64,000 bases of DNA from an uncultured bacterium (GTDB lineage: Bacteria > Patescibacteriota > Minisyncoccia > Phycocordibacterales > GWA1-40-21). The position numbers were made by a program, and so were the translations under genes. Below are positions 10,349-21,500 of this stretch, in pieces. The notes below the pieces were generated by a model. That model was not told the DNA's origin, did not search any database, and saw nothing but the letters and a program-made list of their open reading frames with translations. The stretch is from NCBI GenBank assembly GCA_903831305.1, contig CAIKXE010000004.1, forward strand, positions 9,026 through 73,025, read 5' to 3'. Within the stretch, counting starts at the first letter, position 1, and every line of letters begins with the position of its first letter.

Positions 10349-10975
10349 ATGAAGAGTTCTTGGCCTAAAAAAAATAATCTTCAAGCTGGTTTTACCCTTA
10401 CCGAGATTTTAGTCGTTTCCTTTATCCTAGTCATTGTTGGCATAGCAATTGTCAACTTTCAAATAGATCTTTTCTCTTTAAACAAAGTTTCCAGTGATAA
10501 TATTGTAGTCCAAGAAGAAGCCAGAAGGGTACTCAAGGCCCTCACGGCCGAGGCCCGCGGTATGTCACCCTCCAATATGGGGGCATATGCTTTAGCCGAG
10601 ATTGGCACTTCTACAATTACCTTTTATACCAATACAGATAATGATACACTCCAAGAACGTGTCCGCTACTTTTTGGCTGGTACTACCCTTAAAAAAGGTG
10701 TCATTGAGCCAACGGGTACTCCGCTAACTTACAATACAAATAATGAAGTGATACGTGAGGTAGTGCACGACATAGCCAACGGTACAACTTCTATTTTCAC
10801 TTTTTTTGATACTAATTATGACGGCACATCACCCGCTTTATCAGAACCAATCAACCTACCGAGCATCCGTCTAATTAAAATAAACCTCATCATTGATCGT
10901 GACCCACTAAAGTTGCCGGCTCCTTTATCTATGACGACACAAGTATCTATGCGTAATCTCAAAGACAATCTATGA
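10349..10975 (+). CDS. Minor pilin (PilW-like)
   Basis: G|FTLTEILVV; C-terminal MRNLKDNL as in CPR minor pilins. Confidence 0.8.
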   Translation: MKSSWPKKNNLQAGFTLTEILVVSFILVIVGIAIVNFQIDLFSLNKVSSDNIVVQEEARRVLKALTAEARGMSPSNMGAYALAEIGTSTITFYTNTDNDTLQERVRYFLAGTTLKKGVIEPTGTPLTYNTNNEVIREVVHDIANGTTSIFTFFDTNYDGTSPALSEPINLPSIRLIKINLIIDRDPLKLPAPLSMTTQVSMRNLKDNL

Positions 10976-12393
10976 TTATAAAAAAAATAAAAAAACGGGG
11001 CTATATTCTGATACAAGTAATTATCTTTGCTTCTATTTCTACTTATATTCTAGGGGCCCTGATCAGCTGGGCCGCCACTGATATCAAAGCCTCCAAACAA
11101 GCGGCTGACCGCGAGCTTGCCATCCAGATAGCTGAAGCCGGCATTGATTATTATCGTTGGCATTTAGCACATGCCCCGACAGACTATCAAGACGGCACTG
11201 AGCAAACCAGCACCTATATCCATGATTTTTTAGATAAAAATGGCACAGCCATCGGTCAATTTGCTCTAGATATTACACCGCCACCACTTGGATCAAGTCT
11301 AGTAACCATCAGATCCACTGGCAGTGTTTTAAAGACTCCAAATCTGACAAGGACGATTCAGGTCAAGTTAGCCAAGCCATCTATGGCCAAATTTGCCGTA
11401 GTGGCCAATGACTACATGCGCTTTGGAGAAGGAACGGAAGTTTTTGGTCCGATTCACTCTAACAAAGGTATTCGTTTTGATGGGCTAGCCCACAACATAG
11501 TTTCCAGTTCTGTCATTACGGCTAATGACCCGGACCATACAGGCAATGAAGAATTTGGGGTCCACACCCATGTCACTCCCACTGATCCTCTGCCACCGGC
11601 CAGTATACCAGACCGCTCAGATATTTTTGAAACCGGCCGGGCCGTGGGTATATCAGAAACTGATTTTGATGGAATTACTGGTGATATCTCTCAAATAAAA
11701 ACTCTAGCTCAGGAAGCAACTGGTTTTTGGCGCGCGGGCTCTGGTGCTTTAGGCTATCACGTAATACTGAAAACCAATGACACTTTTGACCTCAAACAAG
11801 TAAACACCATCACAACTGTGAGTTCCTGCAGTGAAAAATGGAGTATCGGCACGGAAACTCTTTTGGGTAATTTTCCTTTCCCGGCTAACGGGATAATATT
11901 TTTGGAAGACCATATTTGGGTGGATGGTAAGATAGATAGTGGCAAGCTCACCATCGTCGCGGCGACTCTACCAGAAAACGCCTCCACCTTGAGAAACATT
12001 ATAGTTAATAATGATTTATTATATACAAAATATGACGGTACGGACGTTATTGGTCTAATTGCTCAGAATAATATTTTGGTTGGTCTTGTTAGTGAGGATG
12101 ATTTACGAATCGATAGCGCCCTGATGGCTCAAAAGGGCAAAGTGGCTAGACTCTCATACAGCCAATCTTGTTCCTCAACTTATTATACGCGCCAGACCAT
12201 TACTCTGTGGGGCATGATTGCCTCCAATGTCAGATATGGTTTTGCTTGGGTTAATATTTCAACTAATCAGTTTATCTCCGGATATGTTAATCGTATTTTA
12301 TATTATGATAGTAATCTACTCTACAGCCCACCACCGAGCTTTCCCCTCACTTCAGACCAATATGTCACTCTCTCTTGGGAGGAGATAAAATAA
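10972..12393 (+). CDS. PilX-like minor pilin / pilus assembly protein
   Basis: RG|YILIQVII, IAEAGIDYY, and C-terminal YDSNLLYSPPPSFP...SWEE. Confidence 0.75.
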   Translation: MIIKKIKKRGYILIQVIIFASISTYILGALISWAATDIKASKQAADRELAIQIAEAGIDYYRWHLAHAPTDYQDGTEQTSTYIHDFLDKNGTAIGQFALDITPPPLGSSLVTIRSTGSVLKTPNLTRTIQVKLAKPSMAKFAVVANDYMRFGEGTEVFGPIHSNKGIRFDGLAHNIVSSSVITANDPDHTGNEEFGVHTHVTPTDPLPPASIPDRSDIFETGRAVGISETDFDGITGDISQIKTLAQEATGFWRAGSGALGYHVILKTNDTFDLKQVNTITTVSSCSEKWSIGTETLLGNFPFPANGIIFLEDHIWVDGKIDSGKLTIVAATLPENASTLRNIIVNNDLLYTKYDGTDVIGLIAQNNILVGLVSEDDLRIDSALMAQKGKVARLSYSQSCSSTYYTRQTITLWGMIASNVRYGFAWVNISTNQFISGYVNRILYYDSNLLYSPPPSFPLTSDQYVTLSWEEIK

Positions 12394-12396
12394 GAA

Positions 12397-12468
12397 AAAT
12401 TACCTAAAAAAGTCTCTCTCCACTTAACACCAGAACTAATCGTTCCGTGAGACTTTTTTGGGTAATTT
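12397..12468. repeat. Family C palindromic element / bidirectional terminator between convergent genes
   Basis: AAATTACCTAAAAAAGTCTC...CACTTAAC-ACCAGAA-CTAATCGTTCCG...GAGACTTTTTTGGGTAATTT. Confidence 0.75.
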
Positions 12469-12476
12469 AGTAGGTA

Positions 12477-13703
12477 TTACACATTATCCATCACGGAGTA
12501 GATCGGCGCCACCATAGATAGAGCAAAGAAGCCCACCGCCGCCCCAATAATGACCATGAGTACTGGTTCAATAATCGTAGAGAGATCTTTGGTTCTTTCC
12601 TCCACATCTAGTTCATAAAAAATAGCTACCTCAGTCAGCATATTGGACATATTTCCTGTCTCCTCCCCCACGCCCATCATCTCCCCCACAAAGGTCGGAT
12701 AATACTTAGGATTTTTCATAAAAATTGCTGAAATATTTTCTCCCTTCTCCACCGCCTTAGAGGCATCGTCTAGCACTTGCTTATAATAATGGTTTGTTAC
12801 AATATCTTTGGTAATCAAAATAGATTGAGCAATGGGGACGCCCGCCGTCAAAAGTGAGGCCAACGTTCTAGCTACCCGAGCCGAGTTAGCCTCCATAATC
12901 AAGTCCCCCACTACTGGTAATCTGATGACTAAATAATCCCTTAGATTTTTACCCATCATAGTTTTTAAAAAGAGATAAGTACCTGAGACCGCACCAATAA
13001 TAAATAAAATAGTTAAAATCCAGTGCCCCACCAAAAAGTCACTAAGTCCAATGATAACCCGGGTGGTAAAAGGTAATTCTGTATTTAGCTCCTTAAAAGT
13101 AGCAGTAATCCCTGGCACCACAAAGATAAACATCAGTATCCCGACGATGATCATCACAGTCACAATCACCGCTGGATAGATCATGGCTCCCTTTACTTTT
13201 TTCTGCAAACGGTAGGTCTTATCCATTTGCAAAGCCACATTACCCAAGGCATCAGACAAGCCACCGCTCTCCTCACCGGCCTTGGCCATAAAAATAAAAA
13301 GATTGGAAAAAATATTTGGATAACCCCGGAGTGATTCACTTAAAGTTTTACCTTTTTTGATTTCAAGATTAATACCTTCTACAATATTTTTTAGCCGGCC
13401 GGGCTTGCTCTGTCTTTCAATTACTGATAAGGCTCGGCTCAGGGACAGTCCAGACCTGGTCATCGCTGATAAATTTTTTGCAAAAGAAATCTTTTGGGCG
13501 ATGGAAACACCACCCAAGAAACTGAAAATTTTATAAAAATATACCTGCCATTTGGTATGGCTGATTTCCTTAGCTGAAATCAGAACACTACCCTCGGCCT
13601 TGAGGTCATTATATAAGTTAAATTTGCTTTGGGCTTCAACCACCCCTTCGTAACGCTCACCACTTTTTTTTATAGCGCTGAATTTAAAATGCATTTTATT
13701 CAC
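12477..13703 (-). CDS. pilC: Type IV pilus inner-membrane platform protein (PilC/GspF)
   Basis: AGEESG, KVKGAMIYP, GEETG and IIEP motifs. Confidence 0.92.
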   Translation of the reverse strand: MNKMHFKFSAIKKSGERYEGVVEAQSKFNLYNDLKAEGSVLISAKEISHTKWQVYFYKIFSFLGGVSIAQKISFAKNLSAMTRSGLSLSRALSVIERQSKPGRLKNIVEGINLEIKKGKTLSESLRGYPNIFSNLFIFMAKAGEESGGLSDALGNVALQMDKTYRLQKKVKGAMIYPAVIVTVMIIVGILMFIFVVPGITATFKELNTELPFTTRVIIGLSDFLVGHWILTILFIIGAVSGTYLFLKTMMGKNLRDYLVIRLPVVGDLIMEANSARVARTLASLLTAGVPIAQSILITKDIVTNHYYKQVLDDASKAVEKGENISAIFMKNPKYYPTFVGEMMGVGEETGNMSNMLTEVAIFYELDVEERTKDLSTIIEPVLMVIIGAAVGFFALSMVAPIYSVMDNV

Positions 13704-15453
13704 TTATTACCCGAAGCACTTCCTCGATCGTCGTTACCCCCTGGACCGCTTTAAAAATACCATCTTCAATCATACTGATCATCCCCTCTTTTTTAGCCTG
13801 CTCGTTTATTACATGGTCAGGCTCGCCCCGCACCACGAGTTCCTTGATAGTGGGAGTCATCTTTAGCACCTCACAGATACATACCCGCCCACCATAACCA
13901 TCTTTGGATTCAGCTGACTCCTTTGGTTTATAAAAAGGAATAGTTTCGATCGTTTCTTTATCTCCAATTATTTTTTCCTTCTGCAAAAACTCCAGCACCC
14001 GTTTAATATCAATAATCTTGGCCAAGGAGGCTACTTCAGATTTTGACAAAAAGTATTTTTCTTTATTGGCACTTAACCGACGAATGAGCCTTTGAGCAAT
14101 AATCACCTTCACCGTTGAAACAATGAGAAAAGGCTCAATCTTCATGTCCACCAGACGGGGCATAGCCCCAGCCGCCGAATTAGTGTGTAAAGTGGAAAGA
14201 ACCAAGTGCCCAGTCAAAGCCGCATTAATAGCCAGAGAAGCCGTTTCATTATCACGAATTTCTCCGACCATGATGATATCTGGATCCTGACGAACTAAAG
14301 AACGCAAACCATTGGCAAAAGTAAAACCAATTTCTGGTTTGACCTGGGTTTGGTTTATCCGATCCATCTGATACTCTACCGGATCTTCAATGGTAGAAAT
14401 ATTCACATCAGCGGTATTTAAAATATCAAGCAAGGTATAAAGCGTGGTCGTTTTACCGGAACCAGTGGGACCGGTTGTCAATATAAGACCGGTAGTCTGC
14501 TTGATCGCCTCATGTAAAATTTCTAAGGCCTCACCATGAAAACCCATGGCTTCCAAAGTAAAACCAGAAACATTTTCTCGTAACAATCGCATAACCGCCT
14601 TCTCACCAAAATAAGTCGGCAAGATAGAAACACGAAAGGATACCCCCTCTCCATTCACCTCCATTTTAAACCGGCCGTCTTGAGGCAAGCGCTTTTCATC
14701 TAGCTTCAAACTGGCGAGTACTTTGATTCTAGCAATGATACTAGAGGCCACACTTTTTGGCAAAACCATAGCGTCATGCAAAATACCGTCAATCCGGTAA
14801 CGGATCAGTAATTCGTTCTCCAAAACTTCAATGTGAATATCAGAAGCATTTTGTAGAATGGAGTGCTTGAGCAAAGTATCCAAAATACGAATCACCGGTA
14901 AATCCTCTGCCATCTTCTTCAAATCTTCCCCCGTACTACCTACTCCCCGATTATCAATCAGACTCTTAAGCGCCACCGCATCTTTCTGAATAATGTCACC
15001 AAACTCCGCCCGTAAACTTTTCTGATATTGTAACAAAGCGCTTTTGATAGAGTCACTATCTGTCAAACGCAATAGTATTTTCAAGCCAACCTTCTTTTTT
15101 ATAAACTCAATAGATGATAGATCCTTGGTATCAAGCATGGCCACTTCCAAAGTATCACCCTCGCGCCTAAAAGCAATAGCATTATTTTTTCTGGCCACTG
15201 GTTCAGGGATCAACGCTAAAATAACCGGATCAATTTTTTGCCCTTTCAGACTGACAAACGGAATACCTAGGACGTAAGCCTCAGCCCGCCGAAAATCATC
15301 CTCGCTAATCTTGGCATTGTTTATGAGCACGTGGCCAACGGTCAATTTATTTTTACTCCTGCCGGCTTCAGCCATAGCATTTTCATAATCTAGTTCAGTA
15401 ATTAAACCAGAGTCTAAAAGAAATTCCTTGAGCTGCTTTTCTTGAACGATCAT
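13696..15453 (-). CDS. pilB: Type IV pilus assembly ATPase (PilB/GspE)
   Basis: ASDIHIE, RLPQDG, GPTGSGKTTT, TIEDPVE, RQDPDIIMVGEIRD and TGHLVLSTLHTN motifs. Confidence 0.95.
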   Translation of the reverse strand: MIVQEKQLKEFLLDSGLITELDYENAMAEAGRSKNKLTVGHVLINNAKISEDDFRRAEAYVLGIPFVSLKGQKIDPVILALIPEPVARKNNAIAFRREGDTLEVAMLDTKDLSSIEFIKKKVGLKILLRLTDSDSIKSALLQYQKSLRAEFGDIIQKDAVALKSLIDNRGVGSTGEDLKKMAEDLPVIRILDTLLKHSILQNASDIHIEVLENELLIRYRIDGILHDAMVLPKSVASSIIARIKVLASLKLDEKRLPQDGRFKMEVNGEGVSFRVSILPTYFGEKAVMRLLRENVSGFTLEAMGFHGEALEILHEAIKQTTGLILTTGPTGSGKTTTLYTLLDILNTADVNISTIEDPVEYQMDRINQTQVKPEIGFTFANGLRSLVRQDPDIIMVGEIRDNETASLAINAALTGHLVLSTLHTNSAAGAMPRLVDMKIEPFLIVSTVKVIIAQRLIRRLSANKEKYFLSKSEVASLAKIIDIKRVLEFLQKEKIIGDKETIETIPFYKPKESAESKDGYGGRVCICEVLKMTPTIKELVVRGEPDHVINEQAKKEGMISMIEDGIFKAVQGVTTIEEVLRVISE

Positions 15454-15487
15454 TTGTTTTAATTATACCGCAAATTCCTTTCTCAAG

Positions 15488-15534
15488 CAAAACAAAAATC
15501 TCATTTCCCTATCCAGAAATGAGATTTTTGTTTT
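15488..15534 (-). terminator. Intrinsic terminator hairpin after the giant ORF
   Basis: AAAACAAAAATCTCATTTC-loop-GAAATGAGATTTTTGTTTT. Confidence 0.7.
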
Positions 15535-15557
15535 CACTAATAGTTTACAGGCTAAAA

Positions 15558-18500
15558 CTAAAATTCTGAATTTGATCCACCGCTCTCCACAACCGTGACA
15601 GAAGGATTATTACTACAATAAGCGACCTTAGTACCATCAGTTACCTTAGCGGTTACTGTATTTAGTCCCGTGGTCCTTAAGAAATAATAATATGTATTAT
15701 CAGTACTTGAGCCAGAAATCGGTGTGCCGTGCGGATTGGCCACCGTAATAGGATTATTTCTATTAATTATATACCAAGAGTATTGATACGTCCCGTCTGG
15801 CCCATAGACAGTAGCGGTCCAAAGGGAGTTAGAACCTCGATTGATGATGGGTGAGCTTGGGCTAGTTAATTCCACAGTACAGCTCAAGTCACTTCCTGGG
15901 ACACCCGAGCAATAAGAAATAGTCGTTCCTTTAGTACAAGTCCAATCCCCACTAATATATGGTGATTGGGAGGGGGTAGCACCCCCTATACATTCACCAG
16001 CAGTAGAGCTACAATAATCACCCTCATCCGGATTACCACCGCAGTTCTCGGTACAAGAGACCTCACAAGCTGGACAACTACCACCACAATCCACATCAGT
16101 TTCGTTACCATTTTTTTGACCGTCAGTACAAGTTGGAGACGGTGGAGTGGTAACACTCAAATTAGGACAACCAGCACTTAAAGTTTCAGTTCCACTATTA
16201 ATAGTGGAAGTAGCGGTATAATTCTTAACAGAAGTATAGGAAGTATTAACGACACTGGTAGTAGCACCATTAATATTCGTCCCTGCCCAAAGATAAGTAT
16301 ACGCTCCAATTCCACCAGTAGAGGTAGCGGTCCAAGTGACGGTTTGACCAGTAAGAGCAGTAGCTGGAGTGACAGAACAAGAAGCAGTAAGATGATCCCT
16401 AACTATAACATTGTTTTCGCTAGCACTATTAACACAGTTAGCTGAAGAAGTTTCCGTCCCCCTTGTGATTGTAGCAATACCATAATATGTTCCAGCGGTG
16501 GCATATGAGGTGGTGACGATGGCGGTGTTCTTGCCTGTCAAATTTGTACCGGCCCAGCTATAGGTATAGGCTCCGACTCCACCAGTAGAGGTAGCGGTCC
16601 AGGTCACAGTATCACCAGTGAGGACAGTAGCTGGAGCAACGGTACAGGAGACGGTAAAGGTTCCTGATTTGGTAGCTGAACAAGAAACTTCATTCCCTTG
16701 ATTAGCACAGGTCCAGCTCCAAGAATCAGTACCATCCGAGACGACACCTGAGGTACCAATACTACATTTTTCCGCCAGGGTGCTTGGGGCAGTGGTTCTC
16801 GTAGTCCCATTTGCACTACCACAAGAAGGATAAACGACTGGTGGTGGGGTAAAGGTTGCATTTATTGTGGTGTTAGTATTCAAAACAAAACCACAACCAC
16901 CAGTACCCGTACAACCACCGCCAGACCAACCCTGAAAGGAAGCACCACTGTCAGGTGTAGCTGTTAAAGCAATAGTTGTGCCGACGGGGAAAGTCACGAC
17001 ACAATCCGTAGCTGCAGGTCCACAGAGAATCATGGTGGTGGCGTCAGAGACAATACCGGGGCCAACTCTGTTTATACTCAAAGTCGCGGTTTCCGGAACT
17101 ACAACAGCCGAAGCCGAACAGGTGGAAACATAACAATTATTACTACAAGACCAAGTCCAAGGTCCAGTAGAACCTCCCACCACAGCACTTGCCGTACCAA
17201 TATCACATTTTTCTGTATCAGTATTTGGGGCGGTAGTTCTAGCAGTACCGTTTGCACTACCACAATAAGTGTTTGCTGGCTCAGTAGGAGTATCCATGCA
17301 AGCCGAACACTGTGCATTTAAACCACCATATCGCCCATTACAGTCCCATTTATATGTAGCTCCTTCGTCAGCAACATCAACAAAATCTCCTGTAGGACAA
17401 GTGTCTTTTGGCACACCACAAGTACCATCCACACCGTTAGTCTGTATCTCACAAGAAGAAGTAGCTGTTTTATTATTTACCGAATCTATAACTTTTATGT
17501 TAGCGATGTACTTGGTCGTGCCAGTGACAATATTCTGCAAGAAAGTGGCTGAAGTAGAACTCAGATCACCATTCCAGAAATAATTTGGATTACCGGTGTT
17601 ATAAGAGGTAGCCAGCCAAGAAATCTTTCCACTTGGAATATTTAACGGATCATCATAATATCTAGTACCAGAACAAGAAACCGTTGGGTCTGGAGTAATA
17701 GTCACATGATTATCACATGAAACGGTATATTCATTGGCATCCTGATCAGTCACTGTCACTTGACCATAATAGTCATCAGCCTCAGAGTATGAAGTAGTGG
17801 CGGCAGCGGAGTTGTTGCCAGTCAGATTAGGGCCTACCCAGCTATAAGTATAATCCCCAACTCCCCCAGTAGGAGTAGCCGTCCAAGTGACTGTCTCACC
17901 AATGGCCGCCGTAGATGGACTAACCGAACAAGAAGCTAAAAGTGGGGCCGCCGGGAAAGTCGTACTACAAGATGAAACGTAGCCAGCCGAGGAACATGTC
18001 CATGTCCAAGGAGCATCAATGCCACCAGTGATATCACTAGGGATACCGACTCTACATTTTTCTTCATTAGTGCTTGGAGCAATAGCTGTGGTGGTGGCAT
18101 TAAAAGTACCACAATAAGCAGGTGGTGGTACAGGTGGTGGCGTGACAGTACAAGTCACACTACTTGTTACTTCAGTACAAGTCCAATTCCAAGGACCGTT
18201 GGCATCACCATTTATAGCACTAGCAATACCGACCTGACACTTTTCTTCAGCCGTGTCTGGAGGAGTAGAACGGTCAATACCAGCCGGACGTACCTCATCA
18301 GCAACAGTACCACAGGCAGGATTACAAGGGTTTGATGGTGCACCGAACACCCCTACTGATAGAGCGGACTCTTTAGCTCCTAGATATGAACTGACCATGA
18401 ATAAATCAGTGGCTGAAGACGTGGCGGTGGTAGAAGTGGCGGTAGTGGTAGCGATGCGATTTGTCCCCTTGTAAACGTAATAACCGGTAACACCAGGGAC

Positions 18501-21500
18501 GGTACTCCACCTAATGGTGGTATAACCACCACACTGGCCAGCCGACTCGGCAGTAATAGTAGTAGGTGGACAAGGGGCCGAAGGCACACCATGGACAGCA
18601 CTAGATGATGTAGACTCCTGAGTGCCGAGATATGATCTGACAGTAAAGGTATCAGTGGTGGAGGCCAATAGTGTATAGGCAAGAACGGGCGTAGTAACAA
18701 GAGGGGTGGTCTCAGTACCACGATAGACTTTGTAACCAGTAGTTCCAGGAACTGGGCGCCAAGAAAGAGTGGTGTACCCGCCACACTGGGCAGCAGTGGC
18801 GACAAGGCTAGTTGGCGCCCCAAGATTAAATTGAGCAGTAACAGTAGTGGAGGTACTCATAGTAAAGGTACAAGTGAGAGCTGTTCCACTGCAGACTCCT
18901 CCCTGCCAACCGACAAAAATATGACCAGCGGTGGAGGTGGCAGTGAGAGTGACGGTAGTACCATTAATAACCGAAGTAGAAGTAGCTAAACAAGTTGCCC
19001 CGCAGATAACTCCTCCACCAGACACTGTACCAGTTCCCGTTCCAGTTTTGGTGACAGTTAGGGTAGAGGTACAAGGTCCTGAAGGAACTGCGGTTGCCGA
19101 ACTCGAAAATGCAGACTCTGCATTACCATTGTCAACGGCTTTAACTCGAAAAGTTTGTCCAGCTGTACTACTTGCCACATAAGAAATGTTGACAGTATAA
19201 CGAAGAAGTGTAAAAACAACATCGTTACTACTGACATAGATATTGTATCCTTTAGCACCAGGAATAGTGCCCCAGTTTAGAGAAATATTTCCCCCGCAAG
19301 AGGCAGAAGTAGTAGCCGTAAGATTAGGTGCTCCAAGGCCAAACCTGGCAAAAACAGTAGTGGTTGTACTCATAGTAAAGGTACAAGTAAGAGCTGTGCC
19401 ACTACATCCCCCTCCTGACCAGCCGACAAAGGCACTACCAGTAGTAGGGGTGGCCGTGAGAGTGACAGTAGTACCATTAATAACCGAAGTAGAAGTCGCT
19501 AAGCAACCGGCTCCGCAAGAGATTCCTCCACCAGACACTGTACCAGTTCCCGTTCCGATTTTAGTGACGGTTAGGGTAGAGGTACATGAAACAGAAGGGA
19601 TAGGTGATACTGAGTTTGAGGCGAGTGACTCGGTTTGACCAACATCAACAGCCTTAACTTGAAAATATTGTCCAGTGCTACTTGCTATGTAAGAAGTGGC
19701 GGGAGTCTCATAAAGAGGAGTAAAAACCACGCCATCAATACTTTTATAAATATGATATCCAGCTGCTCCGGGTATAGCGTCCCAGTTTAAAGAAATGTTT
19801 CCCCCGCAAGAGGCAGAAGTAGTAGCCGTAAGATTAGGTGCTCCAAGGCCAAACCTGGCAAAAACAGTAGTGGTTGTACTCATAGTAAAGGTACAAGTGA
19901 GAGCGGTGCCACTGCACCCCCCTCCAGACCAGCCGATAAAAGTGTTTCCAGGAATTGGATTAGCGGTGAGTATAATATCAGCACCAGGAATTACGGTAAT
20001 ACTTGCATTCTTACAATCGGCATCACAATTAATTACTGGAGTAACAGGAATACTAGAAGTACTGGTGACCAAACCAGTTCCAGATGATCCACTTTTACTA
20101 ACAGTTAAGACAGGGTATGGGAGAGAACAGGTAGTACTGGCACCGCCATACTGACCATTACAAGTCCAAAACGAAGTATCAGCAGTGTCTTCCGTATTAG
20201 TAAAAGTGCCTTCAATAGCACAGGTATTTACAACCAACGGCAGACTACAAGCACCAGCGACGGGAACGGGACAAGGAGCTGATGGCACACCATTTACAGA
20301 ATTTGATGATACAGATTCTTGAGTATCAAGATATGATCTGACAGTAAAAGTATCCGTAGTAGAGGCTAATAGAGTATAGCTAGTAACCGTGGTGGTAACG
20401 AGAGGGGTGGTTTCCGTTCCACGATAGACTTTGTAACCAGTAACACCAGTAACCGGCTGCCAAGAAAGAGTGGTAAAGCCTCCACACTGACCTGGGGTGG
20501 CTTGGGCGGTGAGCGAACTAGGTGCAGAAATAGTTTTATACTGACAATTACTAACAATGGCTGGACAGATAAAAACTTCCGACCAAGTACCACCTACGTT
20601 TGTTATTGTCTCCGAACAAGCAATACCATTTGGAGGAATTTTCCCAGCACAGGGAATATAAGGATCTATTACTACTTCACAAGTAGAAGACGCCGAAATT
20701 GAGGAACTATCAGTAGCGGTTACTTCAACAGTATAACGAGTCTTGGTCTGACTATTATATTCCTGCCAAACAGTATTCAATGAATCACCAGGGAGACTAT
20801 TGAGCAAGCTTGTTGGATCACCCTTCCACGTATAGGTGTAAGGAGCGTCTCCATTGGAAGCAGATGCCGTCCACTGAAGAGCATCACCATAATTTTCATC
20901 ATATGAAGACTTACCTAAATACGAACAACTAACATCAAGCCCAGGCCCAACGACAACTTGATTTGAACAGTTACTAAAACTTTCCTTATTTGCCTGATCA
21001 ATCACTTTTACAGAAAAAGCATATGTCCCAGGAGTAGAATAAACAATAGTGGTATTTGCGCTGCTAGTCGTGGCCATTTCTAAACCACTACGCTCATCTG
21101 TAAAGCGATACCGGTATGGAGCTGTTCCATCTGTAGCCACAGCCGTCCAGGTAACCAGTTGCCCCACCTTAGCTGAAGACCTGTTTGCGGAACAAGAAAC
21201 TTTAGGGCTAGGAATAGGGGTAGGGGTAATGATACACGGAGCGGAAGGCACAGCAGTAGCAAAATTGGAAAAGGGTATGTTAGCCGGATCTACTCCCGTT
21301 ATTAGTGGTTTAATGGCAAAGGAGTCTCCAATGACCGCATTTAACTCATATGAAATACCCGTTACTGTAGAAACAAAAACGGTTCCCGACGCATTTTTTT
21401 TATAAACCTGATAACTTGTTATACCCGGAACAGAATTCCAGTTTAAAATAACAAAACCATCACAAACGTCAGATGTTTTTGCCCTAATCTCTACAGGTGG

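Noticed and set aside
15966-21405. Many opposite-strand and alternate-frame ORFs inside the giant gene (and similarly in hppA, rny, pnp and pcrA)
   Set aside because: Shadow ORFs caused by codon bias and repeats; no recognisable motifs.
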